This document shows, piece after piece, positions 20,035-30,734 of a stretch of DNA of 64,000 bases. The position numbers and the translations under genes are program-made. Below the pieces are notes generated by a model, which was not told the DNA's origin, did not search any database, and saw only the letters and a program-made list of their open reading frames with translations. Every line of letters begins with the position of its first letter. The first letter of the stretch is position 1. Source of the stretch: an uncultured delta proteobacterium (lineage in GTDB: Bacteria > Myxococcota > Myxococcia > Myxococcales > Anaeromyxobacteraceae); NCBI GenBank assembly GCA_963814585.1, contig CAWFDF010000008.1, positions 480,001 through 544,000 on the forward strand, written 5' to 3'.

Positions 20035-20501
20035 GTCCGGCGACCGCCCTTCTCACCGGCCAGCCCCTGCAGCTCGCTCATGAAGTCGCCGACGTCCTCG
20101 AAGGCGCGGTAGACCGAGGCGAAGCGGACGAAGGCCACCGGGTCGAGGTCGCGCAGCCGTCGCATCAAGGTCTCGCCGATGACGCGGCTCTGCACCTCCT
20201 TCTCGCCCAGCTCCTGCACCTGGCGCTCCACCTCCGAGACCAGCGCCTCCACCTGCGCCGAGGAGACCGGCCGCTTCTGGCAGGCCCGGGTCAGCCCCTC
20301 GACGATCTTCTTCCGGTCGAACGGCTCGCGCCGCCCGTCCTTCTTCACCACCACCGGGAGGCTCTCCTCGATCCGCTCGTAGGTGGTGAAGCGGCGCGAG
20401 CAGGCCAGGCACTCCCGGCGCCGGCGCGTGCTCTGCCCGTCCCCGGTCTCGCGGGAGTCCACGACCTTGTCTTCCAGGTGGCCGCAGGCGGGGCAGCGCA
20501 T
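20031..20501 (-). CDS. nrdR: Transcriptional repressor NrdR
   Basis: MRCPACG...RRRRECLAC zinc ribbon, ATP cone, [10 protein letters not shown]. Confidence 0.97.
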   Translation of the reverse strand: MRCPACGHLEDKVVDSRETGDGQSTRRRRECLACSRRFTTYERIEESLPVVVKKDGRREPFDRKKIVEGLTRACQKRPVSSAQVEALVSEVERQVQELGEKEVQSRVIGETLMRRLRDLDPVAFVRFASVYRAFEDVGDFMSELQGLAGEKGGRRT

Positions 20502-20508
20502 GAGCGTC

Positions 20509-21765
20509 TCAGTAGCGATCGGCGTACATGGGGAAGCGGGCGCAGAGCGCCTTCACGTCGGCGCGCACCGCCGCCAGCGAGGCGGCGTCGTCGGGCGCGT
20601 CGAGCGCCCGGCCGATGAGGGTAGCCACCGTCGCCATCTCGGCCTCGCCGAACCCGCGGGTGGTGAGCGCCGGCGTGCCGACGCGGATGCCCGAGGTGGT
20701 CATGGGCTTCTCGGGGTCCCACGGGATCATGTTCTTGTTGACGGTGATGCCGGCCTGCCCGAGCGCCTCCTCGGCCACCTTGCCGGTCAGCTTCTTGGGG
20801 CGAAGGTCCACCAGCATGAGGTGGTTGTCGGTGCCGCCCGAGACCAGCCGCAGCCCGGCGCCGATCAGCCCCCCGGCCAGCGCCTGGGCGTTCTTGACGA
20901 TGCTGGCCTGGTAGGCCTGGAACTCCGGGCGCAGCGCCTCGCCGAAGGCCACCGCCTTGGCGGCGATGACGTGCTCCAGCGGCCCGCCCTGGATGCCCGG
21001 GAAGATCTGGCTGTTGAGCTTCTTGGCCAGCTCGGGGTCGTTGGTCAGGATCATGCCGCCGCGCGGGCCGCGCAGCGTCTTGTGGGTGGTGGTGGTGACC
21101 AGCGCGGCGTGCGGCACCGGGCTGGGGTGCTGGCCCGCCGCCACCAGGCCGGCGATGTGGGCCATGTCGACCATCAGCTTGGCCCCCACCTCGCTGGCGA
21201 TGGCCGCGAACCTCTCGAAGTCGAGGGTTCGCGGATAGGCGCTGGCGCCGACCACCAGCACCCTGGGACGGTGCTCGCGGCAGAGCCGCGCCACCTCGTC
21301 CATGTCGATCTGCTCGTCGGTCTGCCGCAGGCCGTACGGCACGACCTTGAAGAGCCGCCCGGAGAAGTTGACCGGCGAGCCGTGGGTGAGGTGGCCGCCG
21401 AAGTTGAGGCTCATGGCCACGATGGTGTCACCCGGCTGGGCCAGCGCGAAGTAGGCCGCCATGTTGGCCTGGGAGCCGGAGTGGGGCTGGACGTTGGCGA
21501 ACGCGGCGCCGAACAGCTGACGGGCCCGGTCGATGGCCAGCTGCTCCACCTGGTCGACCACCTCGCAGCCGCCGTAGTAGCGCTTGCCCGGGTAGCCTTC
21601 GGCGTACTTGTTGGTGAGGGTCGACCCGGCCGCCTCGAGCACCGCCGGGGACACGAAGTTCTCGCTCGCGATCAGCTCCAGCCCCTCGGCCTGGCGGCGG
21701 GTCTCCTCGCGGATGAGCCGGAAGATCTCGGGATCGGCCTCGGAGAGGCGGGCGGTGGGCATCAT
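20509..21765 (-). CDS. glyA: Serine hydroxymethyltransferase
   Basis: [43 protein letters not shown]. Confidence 0.97.
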   Translation of the reverse strand: MMPTARLSEADPEIFRLIREETRRQAEGLELIASENFVSPAVLEAAGSTLTNKYAEGYPGKRYYGGCEVVDQVEQLAIDRARQLFGAAFANVQPHSGSQANMAAYFALAQPGDTIVAMSLNFGGHLTHGSPVNFSGRLFKVVPYGLRQTDEQIDMDEVARLCREHRPRVLVVGASAYPRTLDFERFAAIASEVGAKLMVDMAHIAGLVAAGQHPSPVPHAALVTTTTHKTLRGPRGGMILTNDPELAKKLNSQIFPGIQGGPLEHVIAAKAVAFGEALRPEFQAYQASIVKNAQALAGGLIGAGLRLVSGGTDNHLMLVDLRPKKLTGKVAEEALGQAGITVNKNMIPWDPEKPMTTSGIRVGTPALTTRGFGEAEMATVATLIGRALDAPDDAASLAAVRADVKALCARFPMYADRY

Positions 21766-21836
21766 GTGGGACTCCTGGTGGAAGCGGCCGGAGGCGCGTT
21801 CATAACGCGCCGAGCCATGGATCGGCAACCGCGCCG

Positions 21837-22280
21837 TCAGCGGTCGAGGGCGTCGAGCTTCTCGACCCGCCGGGCGTGGCGGCCCCCCTCGAACGGCGTG
21901 GCGAGGAAGGCCTCGACGATGGCGGCCGCCAGCCCGGCGCCGGTGACCCGCTCGCCGAGGCAGAGGACGTTGGCGTCGTTGTGGGCGCGCGCCATGCGCG
22001 CCTCGTACTCGGTGCGGCAGAGCGCGGCGCGGACGCCGGGGAGCTTGTTGGCGGCGATCGACATGCCGATCCCGGTGCCGCACACCAGCAGGGCGAAGCG
22101 GGCCCGGCCGGCGGCCAGCGCCTCCCCGACCCGGACGGCCTGGTCCGGGTAGTCGACGCTGTCGGTGGTGAAGGGGCCGAGGTCCTCGACCTCCAGCCCG
22201 CGGGCGCGCGCCACCTTGATCGCCTCGGCGCGCAGGGCGAGCCCGGCGTGATCCGAGGCGACGACCAGCTTCTCGGACAT
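21837..22280 (-). CDS. rpiB: Ribose-5-phosphate isomerase B
   Basis: [36 protein letters not shown]. Confidence 0.96.
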   Translation of the reverse strand: MSEKLVVASDHAGLALRAEAIKVARARGLEVEDLGPFTTDSVDYPDQAVRVGEALAAGRARFALLVCGTGIGMSIAANKLPGVRAALCRTEYEARMARAHNDANVLCLGERVTGAGLAAAIVEAFLATPFEGGRHARRVEKLDALDR

Positions 22281-22300
22281 GGGATGCCCCTCCGGGCCCG

Positions 22301-22338
22301 ACGGCCCTCGACGGCCCTAGACGGCCCTAGACGGCCTT
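22301..22338. repeat. 10-bp tandem repeat x4 spanning the fabF stop codon
   Basis: ACGGCCCTCG ACGGCCCTAG ACGGCCCTAG ACGGCCTT. Confidence 0.8.
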
Positions 22339-23568
22339 GAACAGCAGCACCGAGTTGGTGCCGCCGAAGCCGAAGCTGTTGGACATGGCGGCGCCGAGCT
22401 TCTTCTCGCGGGCGGTGTTGGGCACCACGTCGAGCTGACACTCGGGGTCCTGCTCCTCGACGTTGATGGTCGGCGGAACGACGCCGCGGTGGAGCGCCAT
22501 CACGGTGATGACCGCCTCGCAGCCGCCGGCGGCCCCCAGCAGGTGACCGGTCATCGACTTGGTCGACGAGACCACCAGGCCCTTCCTGGCGTGGTCTCCG
22601 AAGACCTTGTTGATGGCCTGGCACTCGGCCACGTCGCCCTGGGGCGTGGAGGTGCCGTGGGTGTTGACGTAGCCGACCTGATCGGCGCCCATCCCGGCGA
22701 ACTTGAGGGCCATCCTCATGGCCCGCTGCCCGCCCTCGCCTTCCGGCGCCGGCGAGGTGACGTGGTAGGCGTCGGCGGAGGCGCCGTAGCCGGCCAGCTC
22801 GGCGTAGATCCGAGCGCCGCGCCGCCGGGCGTGCTCGTACTCCTCGAGGACCAGCAGGCCCGAGCCCTCGCCGGCCACGAAGCCGTCGCGCCCCTTGTCG
22901 AACGGCCGGCTGGCCCGCTCCGGCTCGTCGTTCCTCTCCGACATGGCACGGGCCGCGCAGAAGCCGCCCACGCCGAGCGGCGTGATGGTGGCCTCGCAGC
23001 CGCCCGCCAGGATCACGTCGGCCAGCCCCCGCTCGATGTAGAGGAGGGCGTCGCCGATGGAGTGGTTGCCGGTGGCGCAGGCCGAGACCGTGGAGAAGTT
23101 CGGCCCCTTCATCCCGTAGCGGATGCTGATCTGTCCCGGCGCCAGGTTGATGATCAGGCTGGGGATGAAGAACGGGCCGATCCGCTTCAGGCCGCGCTCG
23201 GTGAGCAGCGTCCGGTTCTCCTCGATGGTGCCGAGGCCGCCCATGCCGGCGCCGACGATGCAGCCGACCTGCTCCGGGTCCTCCTTCGACATGTCGAGGC
23301 CGGAGTCCTTCATGGCCATCTCGGCGGCGGCCAGCGCGAACTGGATGAAGCGATCGTTCCGGCGCGCCTCCTTCCTGTCCATGAAGTCACCGGGCTCGAA
23401 GCCCTTCACCTCGCCGGCGATGCGGGTCGGGTAGGTGGAGGCGTCGAAGAGGGTGATGGGGCCGATGCCGCTCCGTCCCGCCACCAGCGACTGCCATGAG
23501 GGCTCCACGCCGATTCCGACGGGAGAGACGAGGCCGAGCCCCGTGACCACCACTCGACGCCTGCTCAT
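22327..23568 (-). CDS. fabF: 3-oxoacyl-ACP synthase II
   Basis: [41 protein letters not shown]. Confidence 0.97.
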   Translation of the reverse strand: MSRRRVVVTGLGLVSPVGIGVEPSWQSLVAGRSGIGPITLFDASTYPTRIAGEVKGFEPGDFMDRKEARRNDRFIQFALAAAEMAMKDSGLDMSKEDPEQVGCIVGAGMGGLGTIEENRTLLTERGLKRIGPFFIPSLIINLAPGQISIRYGMKGPNFSTVSACATGNHSIGDALLYIERGLADVILAGGCEATITPLGVGGFCAARAMSERNDEPERASRPFDKGRDGFVAGEGSGLLVLEEYEHARRRGARIYAELAGYGASADAYHVTSPAPEGEGGQRAMRMALKFAGMGADQVGYVNTHGTSTPQGDVAECQAINKVFGDHARKGLVVSSTKSMTGHLLGAAGGCEAVITVMALHRGVVPPTINVEEQDPECQLDVVPNTAREKKLGAAMSNSFGFGGTNSVLLFKAV

Positions 23569-23679
23569 CGAACCCACCTCGTGCCAAGCGTGAAGACCTG
23601 CCGGCCAGGCGCGGACGCCCCGTGCCCCCGGCCCGGATCGCCGCGGCCCCGGGACCGCCCCGGGGCGCCCAGGCCCCGC

Positions 23680-23919
23680 CTACTTCTTGTGCGTGGTGAT
23701 GAAGTTGACGGCGTCCTGCACGGTCTTGATGTTCTCGGCCTCTTCGTCCGGGATCTCGACCTCGAACTCCTCCTCCATCTGCATGACCAGCTCGACGATG
23801 TCGAGGGAGTCCGCGCCGAGGTCGTCGATGAAGCTGGAGGTGATCTTGATCTCGTCGGCGTTGACGCCGAGGTTCTCCGCGATGATGGCCTTCACCTTCT
23901 GCTCGATGTTCGCCGACAT
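23680..23919 (-). CDS. acpP: Acyl carrier protein
   Basis: [17 protein letters not shown] at 23919 with AGGAGG upstream. Confidence 0.97.
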   Translation of the reverse strand: MSANIEQKVKAIIAENLGVNADEIKITSSFIDDLGADSLDIVELVMQMEEEFEVEIPDEEAENIKTVQDAVNFITTHKK

Positions 23920-24005
23920 GGTGCTCCTCCTGGGTGGGGGGGGACTGCCCTGATGCTGCCACACTCCGGTGACCGGCCCGGTGCCGTGCCGCGGGTCGCC
24001 CGCGA

Positions 24006-24755
24006 TTACATGTACATTCCGCCGTTGACCTTCAAGACCTCGCCCGTCACGTAGGCGGCCTGGTCGCTGGCGAGGAAGCAGACGGCGTTGGCGACGTCCT
24101 CGGCCGAGCCGAGACGCCCCAGCGGGATCGCCTCCATCATCCTGGTCCGGGCCGCCTCCGGCAAGGCCGACGTCATGTCGGTGTCGATGAAGCCGGGGGT
24201 GACCGCGTTGCAGCGGATGTTACGCGAAGCCAGCTCCCGCGCGACACTCTTGGTCAGCCCGATCAGGCCGGCCTTGGTGGCCGCGTAGGCGGCCTGCCCG
24301 GCGTTGCCCATCTCGCCCACCACCGACGAGAGGTTCACGATGGCCCCGCCGCGCGCCTTCATCATGGGACGCGAGGCGGCGCGGGTGAGGTTGAAGGCGC
24401 CGGTCAGGTTGACGTCGAGCTGCCGCTTCCAGTCCTCGTCCTTGGCCCTCATCAGGAGCTGGTCGACGGCGATGCCGGCGTTGTTGACGAGGATGTGGAG
24501 CGCCCCGAGCTCGGCGACCACCTCGTCGAGGGCCTTCCCGCAGGCGGCCGAATCGGCCACGTCGAACCGGTAGAGCCTGGCCCGGGGGGCCCCGGCGGCC
24601 AGCACCAGCTGGAGCGCCTCCTGGGCGGCGGCCTCGTTGCCGGCGTAGTTGAGCGCCACGCTGGCGCCGCCCCGGGCCAGGGCCACGGCGATGGCCCGGC
24701 CGATGCCGCGCGACGCCCCGGTGACCAGGGCGACCTTGCCCTTGAAGTCGTGCAT
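24006..24755 (-). CDS. fabG: 3-oxoacyl-ACP reductase
   Basis: [26 protein letters not shown]. Confidence 0.96.
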   Translation of the reverse strand: MHDFKGKVALVTGASRGIGRAIAVALARGGASVALNYAGNEAAAQEALQLVLAAGAPRARLYRFDVADSAACGKALDEVVAELGALHILVNNAGIAVDQLLMRAKDEDWKRQLDVNLTGAFNLTRAASRPMMKARGGAIVNLSSVVGEMGNAGQAAYAATKAGLIGLTKSVARELASRNIRCNAVTPGFIDTDMTSALPEAARTRMMEAIPLGRLGSAEDVANAVCFLASDQAAYVTGEVLKVNGGMYM

Positions 24756-24760
24756 CGAAC

Positions 24761-25705
24761 TCACGCTCCCTTCAGCGCGGCCAGCGTCTTCTCCAGCGAG
24801 GCCGCGTCCTCGACGTTGAGCGACTCGATCCCGGGCGCGATCCGCTTCACCAGCCCACCCAGCACGCGCCCGGGCCCCACCTCGACCACCCGGGTGACGC
24901 CCTGCCGCGCCAGCTCCTCGACGCACTCGATCCAGCGGACCGGCGCCGTCACCTGCTGCAGCAGCAGCGGGATGACCCGCGCCAGGTCCGCGTTGGGGCG
25001 GGCCTCGACGTTGCTGACCACCGGACAGGACGGGGCGCGCCAGGCCAGGCCGCGCAGCACCGGCTCCAGCCGGCCCGTCACCGGGGCCATGAGCGCGCTG
25101 TGGAAGGGGGCGGAGACCGGGAGCGGCAGCACCCGCTTGGCCCCGGCCTCCTTGAGCCGCGCCCCGGCCAGCTCCACCGCGGCGGCGGCGCCGGCGATGA
25201 CGGTCTGGGCCGGCTCGTTGAAGTTGGCGGGCGAGACCACCTGCCCGGTGGCGGCGGCCACCTCGGCGCAGACCTCGGTCACCCGGGCCGGATCGAGCCC
25301 GAGCACGGCGCTCATCGCCCCCTGTCCGGCCGGCACCGCCTCCTGCATGAAGGTGCCGCGGGCGCGCACCGCGCGGGCGGCGTCGGCCGCCGAGATGGCC
25401 CCGGCGGCCACCAGCGCCGAGTACTCGCCCAGCGAGTGGCCGGCCACGTAGTCGGGGACCACGCCGGCGCGGGCCAGCACCGCCGCCGCCGCCGAGGAGA
25501 CCGCCAGGATGGCCGGCTGGGTGTTGGCCGTCAGCTTGAGCGCCTCGTCCGGGCCCTCGAAGCAGAGCCTGGAGAGGGGCTCGCCCAGGGCCCCGTCGAT
25601 CGCCTCGAAGACGGCGCGCGCCTCGGGGAAGCGCTCGGCCAGCTCGCGCCCCATGCCCGCCTTCTGCGCCCCCTGCCCCGGGAAGATGAATGCCAGCTTG
25701 CCCAT
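24761..25705 (-). CDS. fabD: Malonyl CoA-ACP transacylase
   Basis: FPGQG, GHSLGEY, VSAPFHS, EVGPG. Confidence 0.96.
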   Translation of the reverse strand: MGKLAFIFPGQGAQKAGMGRELAERFPEARAVFEAIDGALGEPLSRLCFEGPDEALKLTANTQPAILAVSSAAAAVLARAGVVPDYVAGHSLGEYSALVAAGAISAADAARAVRARGTFMQEAVPAGQGAMSAVLGLDPARVTEVCAEVAAATGQVVSPANFNEPAQTVIAGAAAAVELAGARLKEAGAKRVLPLPVSAPFHSALMAPVTGRLEPVLRGLAWRAPSCPVVSNVEARPNADLARVIPLLLQQVTAPVRWIECVEELARQGVTRVVEVGPGRVLGGLVKRIAPGIESLNVEDAASLEKTLAALKGA

Positions 25706-25727
25706 GTCGGTCCCTGGATGGCGCCGG

Positions 25728-26708
25728 CTACCAGCGGAGCAGCGCGCCGCCCCAGGCCATGCCGCCGCCGATGGCCATCATCAGGATCTTGTCTCCGGGC
25801 TTGAACCAGCCGGCCCGGTTGGCCTCGTCGAGCGTGGTCGGCACGCTGGCCGACGAGGTGTTCCCGTACTTCTCCAGGTTCATCCAGCACCGCTCGGGCG
25901 GGATCTCGAGCCGCTGCAGGGTGGCGTCGAGGATCCGCTTGTTGGCCTGGTGGGCGATGACGTGATCCACCTGGCTCGGCTTGAGCCCCTCGGCGTCGAG
26001 CACCTCGTGGCAGACCTCCGCCAGCGCGCGGACCGCCACCTTGTAGACCTCGGTCCCCTTCATGTAGATGTGCTGCCTCCCCGCCGCCAGCCCCTCGGCG
26101 GTGAGCGGCTCGCGCGAGCCGCCGCCCGGCTGCAGCAGCATCGAGACCATCGAGCCGTCGGCGTGGAGCCGGATGGTGGAGAGGCCGCGGTGGGCCTCCC
26201 CGGTCCCTCTCAGCACCATGGCCCCGGCGCCGTCGCCGAAGAGGATGCAGGTGTTCCGGTCCTTCCAGTTGGTGATGCGGGTGAGCGTGTCGACGCCGAT
26301 CACCAGGGCGTTCTTGCAGGCCCCCGAGGCGACGAAGCGATCCGCCACCGAGAGCGCGTAGATCGAGCCGGCGCAGGCCGCCGAGACGTCGAAGGCGAAG
26401 GCCTTCTTGTTGCCCAGCTTCCCCTGCAGCACCGCGGCGGTGCTGGGGAACGGGTAGTCGGGCGTCACCGTGCCGACCACGATCATCTCCACGTCGGCGG
26501 CGTCGAGCCCGGCCATCTCCAGCGCCCGCTTCGAGGCCTCCAGGGCCAGATCGCTGCTGGCCTGCTCGGGCGCCGCCAGGTGCCGCTCGCGGATGCCGGT
26601 GCGCTCCCGGATCCACTGGTCGTTGGTCTCGACCAGCTTCTCCAGGTCCGCGTTGGTGAGGATCTTCTCCGGGGCGTAGCTTCCGGTACCGACGACGAGC
26701 GAGCGCAT
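25728..26708 (-). CDS. fabH: 3-oxoacyl-ACP synthase III
   Basis: RTGIRERH, AACAG, FGDGAGA, HQAN, YGNTSSAS; ATG at 26708. Confidence 0.96.
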   Translation of the reverse strand: MRSLVVGTGSYAPEKILTNADLEKLVETNDQWIRERTGIRERHLAAPEQASSDLALEASKRALEMAGLDAADVEMIVVGTVTPDYPFPSTAAVLQGKLGNKKAFAFDVSAACAGSIYALSVADRFVASGACKNALVIGVDTLTRITNWKDRNTCILFGDGAGAMVLRGTGEAHRGLSTIRLHADGSMVSMLLQPGGGSREPLTAEGLAAGRQHIYMKGTEVYKVAVRALAEVCHEVLDAEGLKPSQVDHVIAHQANKRILDATLQRLEIPPERCWMNLEKYGNTSSASVPTTLDEANRAGWFKPGDKILMMAIGGGMAWGGALLRW

Positions 26709-27742
26709 CAGGTCTCCTGGGCGCGGGCGAGCAGCGACTCGGCCGGCGCCACGGCCGCCGCGATGTCGTCCACGAAGTGGGTCCGTGCGGCCTGCTGGGC
26801 CCGCCGGATGGCGTTCTCGATGGCCAGTGCGTCGGAGCGCCCGTGGCTGATGAAGCCCACGCCGTTGACGCCGAGGAGCGGCGCGCCACCGACTTCGCGC
26901 CAGTCCATCTTCTTCTTCATCCCCTCCAGGGCCTTGCGGGCCAGCAGGCCCCCCACCGAGGAGACCAGCGTGCTGCGGATGGCGCGCTTGAGGTGCTCGC
27001 CCACCACCCGGGCGGTCCCCTCCATGGTCTTGAGCGCCACGTTGCCGGTGAAGCCGTCGGTGACGATGACGTCGAACTCGCCGGTGAGGAGGTCGCGCCC
27101 CTCGCAGTAGCCGCGGAAGTCGATGTCGGCACGCTTGAGCGCCGCGGCCGCGGCGCGGGTCAGCTCGGTTCCCTTGGCCTCCTCCTCGCCGTTGGAGAGG
27201 ATGGCCACGCTGGGCCGGGCCACGCCCAGCACGCGCCGGGAGTAGACCTCGCCCATCAGGCCGAACTGGACCAGGTGGATCGGCCTGCAGTCGACGTTGG
27301 CGCCCATGTCGAGCATCAGCGGCACGCCCTTCAGGCCCGGCAGCACGGTCACGATGGCCGGCCGCTCGACGCCCTTGGGACGGCCGAGGACGAAGATGGC
27401 GCCGGCCATCACGGCGCCGGAGTTGCCGGCCGAGACCATGCCGCACGCCGTCCCCTCGGCCACCAGGTCGAAGCAGACGCGGATCGAGTTGTCCTTCTTG
27501 CGGCGCATCGCCTGCCCGGGGTGATCGTGGAAGTCGATCACCTCGGTGGCGTGCTTCACTTCGATGGGGAGGGACTTGCCGGCGTGGCGGCGCGCCAGCT
27601 CGTCGCGCACCACGCCTTCCGGGCCCACCAGCGTGACCGGGAAGCCCTTGCGCGCCGCGTCAATGGCACCTTGCACGATCGCGCCCGGGGCATGATCACC
27701 CCCCATGGCATCGACGGCGACCGGCGCGAGGTGCTTGGTCAT
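26708..27742 (-). CDS. plsX: Phosphate acyltransferase PlsX
   Basis: VDAMGGDHAP, SAGNSGA, DMGAN, DGFTGNVALK, HGRS. Confidence 0.96.
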   Translation of the reverse strand: MTKHLAPVAVDAMGGDHAPGAIVQGAIDAARKGFPVTLVGPEGVVRDELARRHAGKSLPIEVKHATEVIDFHDHPGQAMRRKKDNSIRVCFDLVAEGTACGMVSAGNSGAVMAGAIFVLGRPKGVERPAIVTVLPGLKGVPLMLDMGANVDCRPIHLVQFGLMGEVYSRRVLGVARPSVAILSNGEEEAKGTELTRAAAAALKRADIDFRGYCEGRDLLTGEFDVIVTDGFTGNVALKTMEGTARVVGEHLKRAIRSTLVSSVGGLLARKALEGMKKKMDWREVGGAPLLGVNGVGFISHGRSDALAIENAIRRAQQAARTHFVDDIAAAVAPAESLLARAQET

Positions 27743-27748
27743 CGACCG

Positions 27749-27928
27749 CTACGTGGCGTCGACGACCTGCGCGCCCTTGTACGTCCCGCAGGACGGGCAG
27801 ACGCGGTGGGAAAGCACCGGCTCCTGGCACTTCGGGCACGTGGTCACGTTGACGCCCTTCAGCTTGAAGTTGGCCGACCGGCGGCGGTCGCGACGCATGC
27901 TGCTGGTTCGCTTCTTGGGAACGCCCAC
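27749..27928 (-). CDS. rpmF: 50S ribosomal protein L32 (not in the ORF track)
   Basis: Manual translation from GTG 27928: MGVPKKRTSSMRRDRRRS...CPKCQEPVLSHRVCPSCGTYKG. Confidence 0.95.
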   Translation of the reverse strand: MGVPKKRTSSMRRDRRRSANFKLKGVNVTTCPKCQEPVLSHRVCPSCGTYKGAQVVDAT

Positions 27929-27961
27929 TGTGATGCTCCTGCGGCCGTGCCGCGGAATGGG

Positions 27962-28528
27962 TTACGTCAGCTTCACCTTGGCGAGCGCGGCCCACCGCGG
28001 GTCCGGCACCTTGCGGTCGCAGCCGCACTCACCTTCATTCAGATTCGTGCCACACACGGAGCAGAGCCCCTTGCAGGCCTCCTGGCAGACCGGATACTCG
28101 GGGAGCGCCAGCAACACCTGCTCGCGGAGGATGGGGTCGAGATCGACCACCTTCCCCTGGTAGGCCTCCTCCTCGGCGTCCTGGAGATCGAAGCTCCCGG
28201 CCACCGGGTGGTGCGCCTTGTCGTCGGCCGCCACGCTCTCGCGCTCCGCGTACTCATCCGCCGGCACCAGCGTCAGCGCGAAGACGACCGGCAGCCTGGA
28301 GCCGATGGGCGCCAGGCACCGGCTGCACGCCCCGGCCAGCTCGGCCATGGCCCGGGCCTTGACGAAGACGCGCCGGTCGAGTTTCTCGAACCGCGCGTCG
28401 ACGTGGGCGCCTCCGCTCGCGCGCCAGCCGGAACGGTCGCCGACCACGATGGCGTCGAGGGCCTCGCGGGGCAGATCCCAGCTCCGGTCGATGCCGGCTT
28501 CCTTGATTTCGTCAATGTTCACGCGCAT
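27962..28528 (-). CDS. yceD: YceD/DUF177 family protein
   Basis: CSRCL, LALPEYPVCQEACKGLCSVCG, DPRWAAL; upstream of rpmF. Confidence 0.92.
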   Translation of the reverse strand: MRVNIDEIKEAGIDRSWDLPREALDAIVVGDRSGWRASGGAHVDARFEKLDRRVFVKARAMAELAGACSRCLAPIGSRLPVVFALTLVPADEYAERESVAADDKAHHPVAGSFDLQDAEEEAYQGKVVDLDPILREQVLLALPEYPVCQEACKGLCSVCGTNLNEGECGCDRKVPDPRWAALAKVKLT

Positions 28529-28561
28529 TTGCGCACTACTTCCGGCACTCAAAGGGCGCTC

Positions 28562-28589
28562 ATTATAGGGACCGAACCCCGCAAGTCAA
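28562..28589 (-). promoter_or_regulatory. Sigma70 promoter of the yceD-rpmF-plsX-fab run
   Basis: Minus strand TTGACT, 16 nt, TATAAT. Confidence 0.8.
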
Positions 28590-28657
28590 GGCGCGCCCTC
28601 CGAAGTGGCGTGACGGTCCGCGTCATGAGCCGCGGATCGCCGGGATCCGCGAGCGTC

Positions 28658-29305
28658 CTAGGGCTTCACCAGGCCCCGGGCCACGGCCAGCAGCGCCGCC
28701 TCGGCCTTGGTCGAGACGTCCATCTTCTCGTAGATCCGCTTCACGTAGGTCTGGACCGTCCCCTCGGCCAGGCCCAGCGCCTGCGCGACGTCGGCGTAGG
28801 TGTGGCCGTGGACCAGCAGCGCCAGGACCTCCAGCTCGCGCTTCGAGAGCGCCGGGCCGGACGACGGCTTCTGATCCGGGGCGTCGCCGCGGAGCTCCGC
28901 CAGCAGCACCTTGGCGGCTCGTGGGCTGATGGGCGCGGCGTCACCGGCCAGGACGTCCTCGACCGCCTTGGTGAGGTCGGCGGCGTGAAACGGCTTGAGG
29001 ATGTAGCCGGCCGCGCCGGAGCGCATCGCTCCCAGGACCCGGGCCGGGATGTCGACCGCGGTGAGCGCGATGCAGGCCGTCTTGGGGAGGTCGCGACGGA
29101 TGGTGGCGATGACGTCCTCGCCGCTCATCCGCGGCAGGCCGAGGTCGACCAGCGCCACGTCCGGCCTGGTCCGGTGGGCCAGCGCCACGCCCTCCTCCCC
29201 GGTGGCGGCCGTCCCCACCACCTCGATGCCGTGGGAGGTGAGGACCTGGACGATCAGGCGGGAGACCGCCTCGTCGTCCTCGACCGCGATCGCACGCACT
29301 GTCAT
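28658..29305 (-). CDS. NarL/LuxR-family response regulator
   Basis: REC (VEDD, DLGLPRMSG, YILKP) plus LSKRELEVL...YVKRIYEKM HTH. Confidence 0.93.
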   Translation of the reverse strand: MTVRAIAVEDDEAVSRLIVQVLTSHGIEVVGTAATGEEGVALAHRTRPDVALVDLGLPRMSGEDVIATIRRDLPKTACIALTAVDIPARVLGAMRSGAAGYILKPFHAADLTKAVEDVLAGDAAPISPRAAKVLLAELRGDAPDQKPSSGPALSKRELEVLALLVHGHTYADVAQALGLAEGTVQTYVKRIYEKMDVSTKAEAALLAVARGLVKP

Positions 29306-29413
29306 TCGCCACCCGCCCGAAGTTGGTCAGTGGTCCCGAAGGCCGGGCCAGCTCATTCGTACCAGTCCATCCGTGGTGCGGCAAGCCGCCGGTCGGGTGC
29401 CCCGGCGCCAGGG

Positions 29414-29677
29414 CTACTCGCCGCCGGTGCCGGACCCGGCCGACCCGGCCCGTCCCAGCTCGTCGTGCTCGCCGTACCCCTGCAGGTCGAGCGCGATGGC
29501 CAGCAAGTAGAGGACCAGCGAGGCGATGCCGAGGGCCTGCCCGACGCTCATGGCGACCACCAGGAGCAGCGGCTGGGGGAAGATGATCGAGGCGACCATG
29601 AGGAACAGGGAGGTCAGGGTCGCGAAGATGGAGATGAGGACCAGCCTGCGGATGGTGAGCTTGGTGACGTTGAACAT
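29414..29677 (-). CDS. Small two-TM membrane protein
   Basis: Two hydrophobic segments; 3 nt after the cytochrome gene, GGAG upstream. Confidence 0.7.
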   Translation of the reverse strand: MFNVTKLTIRRLVLISIFATLTSLFLMVASIIFPQPLLLVVAMSVGQALGIASLVLYLLAIALDLQGYGEHDELGRAGSAGSGTGGE

Positions 29678-29680
29678 CGC

Positions 29681-30358
29681 CTACTCCTTCCTCTCGCCGG
29701 TGGGCGCCGGGGCCTTGCCGTTGCCGCCGTGGGCGAAGGCCCGCGGGTGGATCTGCTCGCCGGTGTGGCAGTCGAGGCACTTGGCCTGGCCCGTGCGGAG
29801 GTCCTCGATCGTGCCGGCGTGCTCCTCCACGGCCGACCAGCGGGGGGCCTGGGTGGAGTGGCAGCGGGTGCACATGACGTTCTCGAACTTCTTGTACATG
29901 TGGATGGGCTTGCCGCCCTCGCCGTACGGCCCGGTGTTGGAGTACTCGGTGATGTAGTAGAAGAGGTGCTTCATGCCGTTGGCCTTGGTGGTCATGGCCC
30001 CGAAGATCTGGTAGTCGGCGTGGCAGGTGTAGCAGGACTCGTGGCCGAAGGTGCTGTTCCGGCTGTGGATCGAGGCCAGCGACTTCGAGGCCGGGTCCGC
30101 CGCGTCCTCCACGTACGGTCGCATCACGTGGCACGAGCCGCAGAAGTCGCGCTTCAGCGTGTACTCGAAGCCGGAGATGTTGCCGGCCAGGGACACGGCC
30201 AGCGGCATCACCCCCAGGCCGAACAGCAGCACGACCTTGGCGGACCGGCCGAGCGGCGGGCGGGCCACGAGGTAATAGACCAGGATGGCGATGGCGATGG
30301 CGGCGGAGGCCAGCGCGGCCAGCCGGAGGACGTCTTCGGTCGTATGGATCTGGAACAC
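29681..30358 (-). CDS. Membrane-anchored tetraheme cytochrome c (NapC/NirT/NrfH-like)
   Basis: Two N-terminal TM helices, FCGSCHVM, CYTCH, CTRCH, CLDCH. Confidence 0.85.
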   Translation of the reverse strand: MFQIHTTEDVLRLAALASAAIAIAILVYYLVARPPLGRSAKVVLLFGLGVMPLAVSLAGNISGFEYTLKRDFCGSCHVMRPYVEDAADPASKSLASIHSRNSTFGHESCYTCHADYQIFGAMTTKANGMKHLFYYITEYSNTGPYGEGGKPIHMYKKFENVMCTRCHSTQAPRWSAVEEHAGTIEDLRTGQAKCLDCHTGEQIHPRAFAHGGNGKAPAPTGERKE

Positions 30359-30467
30359 GGTGCGGCAGCTTGTAGCAGACCGCCCCCGAAGGGCTCAACC
30401 CTCCATTCTCAGAATCTTGCCGCCACATGGACCTCATCAGCCCACGATCCCTGGCGGCCGGGCCGTC

Positions 30468-30496
30468 TTGCCTTTCCGGCAGGGATGCCCTAAGTA
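30468..30496 (+). promoter_or_regulatory. Sigma70-type promoter of tRNA-Arg
   Basis: TTGCCT, 17 nt, TAAGTA, 12 nt before the tRNA. Confidence 0.55.
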
Positions 30497-30508
30497 CCCT
30501 CCCCGCAC

Positions 30509-30585
<77 letters not shown>

Positions 30586-30598
30586 TTCCAGGCCGTTC

Positions 30599-30632
30599 GA
30601 AGGCCCCGGCGAAGCCCGGGGCCTTCCTCTTT
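30599..30632 (+). terminator. Terminator-like hairpin after tRNA-Arg
   Basis: GAAGGCCCCGG-CGAAGC-CCGGGGCCTTC followed by CTCTTT. Confidence 0.75.
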
Positions 30633-30734
30633 CGCGATGCGCCGGCCGGCTGGGCCCGGGCTTCCCCCGGGGGAAGCGCCGCGGCGAACGGCGGATTCTC
30701 GACACCTCCGGTACCGCGTGGTCGAATCACCGCC

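Noticed and set aside
16488..20501. FMN riboswitch for the rib genes
   Set aside because: rib genes overlap or abut nrdR and each other; no leader space or recognisable aptamer
30660..30677. Perfect 18-bp palindrome GCTTCCCCCGGGGGAAGC
   Set aside because: Single copy of C/G runs in GC-rich DNA; no function can be supported
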